A DNA stretch of 64,000 nucleotides from Dehalococcoidia bacterium (lineage in GTDB: Bacteria > Chloroflexota > Dehalococcoidia > UBA2979): the NCBI GenBank assembly GCA_965219085.1, contig OZ244720.1, forward strand, positions 512,001 through 576,000, given 5' to 3'. Positions 58,910 through 64,000 of the stretch are shown piece by piece. The first letter of the stretch is position 1; the number at the start of each line of letters is the position of its first letter. The notes under the pieces are model-generated. The model was not told where the DNA came from. It saw only the letters and a list, made by a program, of their open reading frames with translations, and searched no databases. A program made the position numbers and the translations under genes.

Positions 58910-60027
58910 TCAGACCTCGTCCCAGGTGACGGAGATGCCCAGCTGGTCGAACGCTTCGACGATCTGACTCTCGCCGGGGCGGTGCCGTTCCCGTCGGAGT
59001 CCATCACCTGCGTCCAGCGACCCGCCTGATGGGCGAGCTCGCCCCAGAGGGTCGAGACCGCTGCGCCGTCCTCCTTCATCACGGGGGTATCGCCACCCGC
59101 TTCCTGACCGTCGAAGACGAGCACGCGCGCGTTCTCGGGGACGCTCAGTCCGCCAAGCGCCTCCTGGACGGACGGCAAAGCCACCGCCTGCTTCGGGCTC
59201 TTCACGAGGTGGTAGAGCGTGAGCAGGGCGTGCGTCTTGCCGCCGCCAAAGGGGGTCTGCACCTCGGTCACCGCCGCGCCGTCCCTGCCGTTCAGGCGGT
59301 TCACGACGTCGCGCGTCATCTGAGTGAGGTTCTCGGTGAAGTAGGTGTGGGAGAGGAAGAGCGTCGGGTCGAGGTACTCCTCACGCGCGGCGTCGGCGAA
59401 CACGCCCCCGAGCGTGGCAGCGAACAGACCCTCGTCGACCTGCCCCGGATCGCGGAAGCCCTCGCGCGGCTCGCACACCTGCCACCAGTAGGGAAGAGTG
59501 CCCTCCTTGGTGAGCGGTGTTTGCGGCGTCGGTGCGGGCGGAGGTTCCGCGGTAGGCGCTTCCTCGATGTGGAGGACGCGCTTGCGGATCGCTTCGACCT
59601 CCTCCGCCTCGGGCAGCCCAGCCATCGCCAGCAGCCGTGCCATCGCGTTCAGGGCGTATTCGGCGTCGTCGGCGAGGATGTCACCGCTGCGGGGATGCGC
59701 CCAGTCGTTCCGCGCCTGCACCGCGGCGCTGAGGTACGAGTCCGCCGCCTGGAACTTCGGGAAGTCCCCCTCGAATACGCCCCGGTTCCGCGCCACGATC
59801 GTGCGGAAGTGGGTCGGTTCGAGTAGTTCCGCCTGATGGACCCCGGGATTCCGCTCCCTGTCTAGCTTGAGGCTGTCGGACTGGCGCCGCGGGAGCGCGC
59901 GCAGGACACCCTGCTCCCACCAGTTGTTGGGCATGGCTGCGGCGAGCCGTTCCCGGATCAGCCGGCGCATGGTGTCCGTGTAGAGCTTCAGTCCCTGGCC
60001 CAGCGCCTCGTGGTTAGTCGGCGCCAT
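58910..60027 (-). pseudogene. Swt1-like HEPN + DUF499 ATPase with a large internal deletion
   Basis: RNDWAH (HEPN RxxxxH), YWWQVCEPRE, TYFTENL, PFGGGKTH; the sequence stops looking like DUF499 after GNGTAP (residue 351) with no Walker B. Confidence 0.8.
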
Positions 60028-62857
60028 CGGCGTCCTCCATCGAGAAGGCGAACTGCGGAGTTGGTGGCGGTTCCACTCCTCGCACGGTGGCGCCCAGCAG
60101 TCCGAGGATAATGCGGCGGTCCTCGTCGCCGTCAGGTAGGCACTCGGCGACGGCCTGGCCCAGTGTGAGGAGCGCCGTCCAGCGCGACTCGCCGAGGGCT
60201 CCGCGGTACTCACCGAGCCTGTCGCTCTGGTTCTGGCCCCAGAGCCAGGCCGCGCGCTGGAGTTCGTCGATGAGCGGCGCTGGGCGAGCTGGCGTACCCA
60301 TCCCGAGGTCGTCGTCTTCGCGAGCGCGCTCCGCGATGGTGCGAAGCTTGACGACCTTCTTGCTCCTCTCTCGTGCCGCCACAGCGATGGAGTGCTCGCG
60401 CGTGAGGTCGTCGAATGGAGCGCCGGTGGCAAGACAGAGGGCGAGTGCCTCGCCCGAGTCGAGGGAAGCGCGCGAGTAGCTCCAGACCCATGTCACGTAC
60501 TGTCGAGTGATCGGGTCGACCATGCCCAGGTCCGCGCCGTGCAATACCTGCTCCAGTGCCACCGTTGTTGATTCGCGCCGGACGATGTCAAGGAAGTCCC
60601 GTACCGAGACCTCGATACCGTCGGGCCGGAGCACTCTACGGTGCCGTCCGAAGACCGAGAGGGCAGGACCGATCGCGCTGATGAAGAAGTCGGCACCGCG
60701 GATGCCTTGGCCCCAGAACGCGAGGAGGCGCTCCCGGATCACGGGCCGCATCTCCTCAATGACGTCGCCGAGGAACGCTTCGTCTGCCTTGTTCTCCCTC
60801 CTGCGGCAGGCCATCCATACGGAAGTCCTCAGCCGCGCTTGGCCCAGACCCGTCGTCTTCGTTTCCATCTCGGTGTCAATTGGCCAAGAAGCGTGTGGGA
60901 CGAGCCCTGCTCCCAGGAGGCCCTCGATGAGAGTGCTCCATGCGTCGGGGTTGGTATGCGCGAACACCACACCGGTCAGCCCACCGACCTCCAGCGAATC
61001 AGCCATCGCCCCAAACGCCTGAGCCATGCCCTCTACATAGTGGCGGACTGCTGGCTCTCTCTTCATCCTGTCTTGGCTAGGGCCGTCGGCATATACGTTC
61101 ATCACGGTCTGCTCGCGCTTTGGCGTCAGTGGAAGGGAAAGGAGCTCCGGATGAAGAAAGCCAATCGACCGTTTCAGCCACACGTAGAAGAAGTCAGACA
61201 GGTCTGCGTAGTTGATGGCGTCATAATATGGCGGGTCTGTCAGCACCAAGCTGACGTCACGATGTGCTGCGCTCTTGGCATCTGCCTGCGAAACAGATGC
61301 CGTCTTTTGGGAGACGTTGGCGACATCAATAGCGCTAGCGACACGATCGGCCATCGCCACGAAGCTCCCCCCAGCCGCGCCCGTGGCCACATGTTCCGCG
61401 TAGTCCCAAACCATCGGGAGTGCTTGACGTGACATGGCTCCTACGACAGATTCAGCATCAACCTTCCATCTGGCCAAGGCGCAAGCGAAGTCTGTATAGC
61501 GCGTGAGTGTGAGGCCCAAGTACGTCGTTATGGCTCTAGCGTATTCCTCGTCGAGCCCCCGAGCCTGCATGGCTGAGTGAGCTTCGGCAACAAGGCTCGC
61601 AAAATTCGTGAGCGCTACAAGCTGGCGCTCGTTGAAGAGCTTCCCCCATTCATCAAGGCCGTACTCTCTGACAAGCATATATTGGCGGTGGTACGCCACT
61701 GGTTCGTCGGGAATGGCAGGCAGGCCTTGGAGTGACTGCGATGTGAGCTCTGCGGCCCTGAGTTCAACTGAGGGGATAGTGCTCAGGTCAGTCTCCGTAA
61801 CACCGCGGTAGCGCTTGCCGCCCTTACCGTCCGGCGCGAGGACCACAGCAGTCATCCGTGCACCCATATCTCCGGCGCGCCCGATCTCGTGCACTTGTGC
61901 TGCCTTCACGACTTGGCCGCAGACGAGGCACTGTGTGTCCCCGCGGGACGTCGTTGCTTTCTCTGGATTGCCGGTCACATCGGGGCCCTCGACCACTTTG
62001 AAGTCCACGCGCCCGCCTTGGCGGTCGATCACGGGATCAAGAGCGACCTTCTTCCTGGACTTGCGGGCAAGCCAGTACTGGCGGATCAGGGGCATCTCGG
62101 CCCGGCAGCTCGGGCACGGGATAGTGCGGCTCCAGAGATATGCCACAGGGACGCTGCCGTCGGGGTCGGGCGGATAGAGGTCCGAGAGCTCCTCACGGGC
62201 GCGCTCCAACACCCAGTGACCCCAGTAGCGCACGTCGGCGGCTAGCGGGTTTTTTCGGTATTCCTCAGCCAGTTCGCCGCCCGCGAAACCGGACTGGGCA
62301 TCCTGAGCATCCACCTCACGAACGTAGTTGGGGACAGGCCGGCTGTCCGACTGGCCGTACTTCTGTGGGTACTCGAGTGTGCCCTTGAGGATGAGGACGG
62401 CTACGGGATTGAGATCGCTGGCCTCAACCTCACAGCCAAGGCGCAGCCCCTCGAGCGGGATCGCCCCTCCACCTGCGAAAGGGTCGAGCAGCTTGGGCGG
62501 CTCTCCACCGTTGCAGTCGAGGATGCGCCGGCGGGCCCGCTCCAGGAGTTGCGTTCCCGTCAGCCCGCTGCCGCCTTCCTCTTCTGAACGGACAACCCGG
62601 TCGGGGTGACGGACAGCGTCCCAACTCGCGAGGTCTGCCACCTCACGTAGGAGTGCCTCACGCTCGGGCTCAGTCTCGGGGTCGTCCACGAGCGACGCGT
62701 AGATGAAGGCGCGGCAGGCCGCGAGGGGACGGCGTGCCCACCAGATGTGGAGCGTGGAGATGTGGCCGTGGCGGACGTTCTTCTCGCGACGCGAGTGAGC
62801 GGAGACCTCCTCCAGCGGGAAGGCCACCTCGATCAGCCGCTTGCGCCGCTCGGTCAC
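60014..62857 (-). CDS. DUF1156-domain adenine DNA methyltransferase
   Basis: LHIWWARRPL, DPFAGGGAIPLE, DLNPVA, TDPPYYD, ADLSDFFYVW. Confidence 0.92.
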   Translation of the reverse strand: MTERRKRLIEVAFPLEEVSAHSRREKNVRHGHISTLHIWWARRPLAACRAFIYASLVDDPETEPEREALLREVADLASWDAVRHPDRVVRSEEEGGSGLTGTQLLERARRRILDCNGGEPPKLLDPFAGGGAIPLEGLRLGCEVEASDLNPVAVLILKGTLEYPQKYGQSDSRPVPNYVREVDAQDAQSGFAGGELAEEYRKNPLAADVRYWGHWVLERAREELSDLYPPDPDGSVPVAYLWSRTIPCPSCRAEMPLIRQYWLARKSRKKVALDPVIDRQGGRVDFKVVEGPDVTGNPEKATTSRGDTQCLVCGQVVKAAQVHEIGRAGDMGARMTAVVLAPDGKGGKRYRGVTETDLSTIPSVELRAAELTSQSLQGLPAIPDEPVAYHRQYMLVREYGLDEWGKLFNERQLVALTNFASLVAEAHSAMQARGLDEEYARAITTYLGLTLTRYTDFACALARWKVDAESVVGAMSRQALPMVWDYAEHVATGAAGGSFVAMADRVASAIDVANVSQKTASVSQADAKSAAHRDVSLVLTDPPYYDAINYADLSDFFYVWLKRSIGFLHPELLSLPLTPKREQTVMNVYADGPSQDRMKREPAVRHYVEGMAQAFGAMADSLEVGGLTGVVFAHTNPDAWSTLIEGLLGAGLVPHASWPIDTEMETKTTGLGQARLRTSVWMACRRRENKADEAFLGDVIEEMRPVIRERLLAFWGQGIRGADFFISAIGPALSVFGRHRRVLRPDGIEVSVRDFLDIVRRESTTVALEQVLHGADLGMVDPITRQYVTWVWSYSRASLDSGEALALCLATGAPFDDLTREHSIAVAARERSKKVVKLRTIAERAREDDDLGMGTPARPAPLIDELQRAAWLWGQNQSDRLGEYRGALGESRWTALLTLGQAVAECLPDGDEDRRIILGLLGATVRGVEPPPTPQFAFSMEDADGAD

Positions 62858-64000
62858 GCTGGCGCCTTCACCTGGTCGGCGGGTTCTGCGAACGCTCGGA
62901 GGTCGGCGACCCTGATGCGGTACTCGGTCACGCGCTCCGTTGCTTCGACGCCTCTCCCAACGGGGTCCTGAACGATCCGCATCTCCGGCTTCGTGAGCGC
63001 GTAGTCGACCTCGTAGATGAAGAACTCCTCACGCATCCGGTGGGCCAGCTGCCACTCCGTGTAGTAGAGCGTGATGTCTCCCGAGGCGGCGTGGCCCTTA
63101 ACCTCGATGTAGCGGACGCCGCCATCCGGGGCCACGCTCCTCACGTCGCAGCCTACGCCGGTCTTCGACACGTCCTCGGGCGCGCGGCCGTGGGCGCGCT
63201 CGTAATCCATCGCGACCTGCATCGCGGCCATCTCGACAGTCGTGTTGTCGCCGCCGCGGCCTTCCTCGATCACGTGCGGCACCGGGCCGGGTATGGCGGC
63301 CGCGACACCCACGACGCGCGGGGTCTGGATGGAGACAACCTTGCGCCGCTCCAGTTCCTGCCGGCGACGGCGGAGCTCCGAGGTGAGACTGTCGATCTGC
63401 TCGTTGGTCGTGTGGATGGCGATCCGCATGTCCTTGCCGGCGGCCTCGTCCTCGTGCTGGCGTTCCAGCTGGCGCTGAAGCACCGACAGATTGTCATCAA
63501 TCGACCGTTGGAGCGCCTCCTGAACGATGTTCGCGCGACGCTTCTGCTCGTCCGCGACCTCGTCGAGGTAGTCGTGGGTGTAGATGGCGCTCGCCTCGGC
63601 CACGGCCGCGTCGCCGTCGGCACGACTCCGGAGCGCATCAGGTATCGCCGGGGCCGTCTCGGCGGGAGGCAGGTCGAGCAGCACGCCGGGCGTGATGCGC
63701 TCGAAGGAGTCGCCACGCTGGCGGAGCGCCAGCAGCCTCCTGTGGACCTCCTCGTTCTCGCCGTTCACCGCCGCCGCTTCCAGAAGCCAGACGAGGTACG
63801 GCTCGCGCGCCTCCTTGTCTATGAAGACGGTGCCCCTCGAAAGGACGGGACGCCCTCGGTCGAGGATACGAGCGAGAACAGCGTCGAAGAGCGGGTGCCC
63901 TGGCGCGGCGAACTCGGCGGGCGGGTCCCGCCGCAGGCGCTCCTTGTTGAACGTGACGATGCGGCCACCCTCGCCGAACTCGCCCGTGTTGGCGGCCCGC
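62854..64000 (-). CDS. C-terminus of an SNF2-like helicase with DUF3883 (NO VEIN) nuclease domain; 5' end outside window
   Basis: Frame open to the window edge (TFNKE...AEFAAPGHPLF); VEMAAM...YE...GCDVRS...YIEVKG; the helicase motifs themselves are not in the window. Confidence 0.8.
   Translation of the reverse strand, partial: RAANTGEFGEGGRIVTFNKERLRRDPPAEFAAPGHPLFDAVLARILDRGRPVLSRGTVFIDKEAREPYLVWLLEAAAVNGENEEVHRRLLALRQRGDSFERITPGVLLDLPPAETAPAIPDALRSRADGDAAVAEASAIYTHDYLDEVADEQKRRANIVQEALQRSIDDNLSVLQRQLERQHEDEAAGKDMRIAIHTTNEQIDSLTSELRRRRQELERRKVVSIQTPRVVGVAAAIPGPVPHVIEEGRGGDNTTVEMAAMQVAMDYERAHGRAPEDVSKTGVGCDVRSVAPDGGVRYIEVKGHAASGDITLYYTEWQLAHRMREEFFIYEVDYALTKPEMRIVQDPVGRGVEATERVTEYRIRVADLRAFAEPADQVKAPA

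Larger units (their letters stand above)
52826..64000 (-). other. Defence island (continues beyond the window)
   Basis: Five co-oriented nuclease/ATPase/methylase genes; visibly more A/T than the flanking core genes; no integrase seen. Confidence 0.75.

Noticed and set aside
58717-60432. 571-aa intact ORF as listed in the ORF track
   Set aside because: The N-terminal extension overlaps the methylase (true start 60027), and the last ~85 aa are out-of-frame read-through after the deletion junction.

Overview
High-GC bacterial chromosome segment. The recA-recX-rny-ymdB-PHP-B-box gene order, GAAC-N4-GTTC SOS boxes, a PAC2 protein, F420/LLM oxidoreductases and expanded CoA-metabolism paralogues suggest Chloroflexota (Dehalococcoidia-like); this taxonomy is inferred. 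1-23.6 kb: MFS transporters and lipid/CoA catabolism (SDR, double CaiB CoA-transferase, flavin monooxygenase, enoyl-CoA hydratase, bdhA-scoAB-like operon, thiolase-like/OB-fold pair), interspersed with decaying toxin-antitoxin modules. 23.9-52.7 kb: mostly core genes (iron-type binding protein, Na/Pi transporter, ACT-GlnE hybrid, tRNA-Asp, recA operon, Liv-type ABC transporter, intact vapBC, recQ, HesB/IscA, DHA2 MFS, PAC2, Ddn). 52.8 kb to the end: a minus-strand defence island with a helicase-DUF3883 gene (partial), a DUF1156 methylase, an internally deleted HEPN-DUF499 ATPase, an unrecognised 1236-aa PD-(D/E)xK nuclease and a fused ABC-ATPase-TOPRIM (PARIS-like) gene. Most notable: a conserved C-terminal motif [VL]TH[RA]GMA[DE][TS] shared by three divergent MFS transporters; the 1236-aa candidate defence nuclease; the DUF499 deletion; a triple 21-23 bp repeat; SOS-controlled leaderless recQ; and a probable ATC start codon. 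No CRISPR array, rRNA, integrase or transposase was seen. All family calls come from motif recognition by eye, not database searches.
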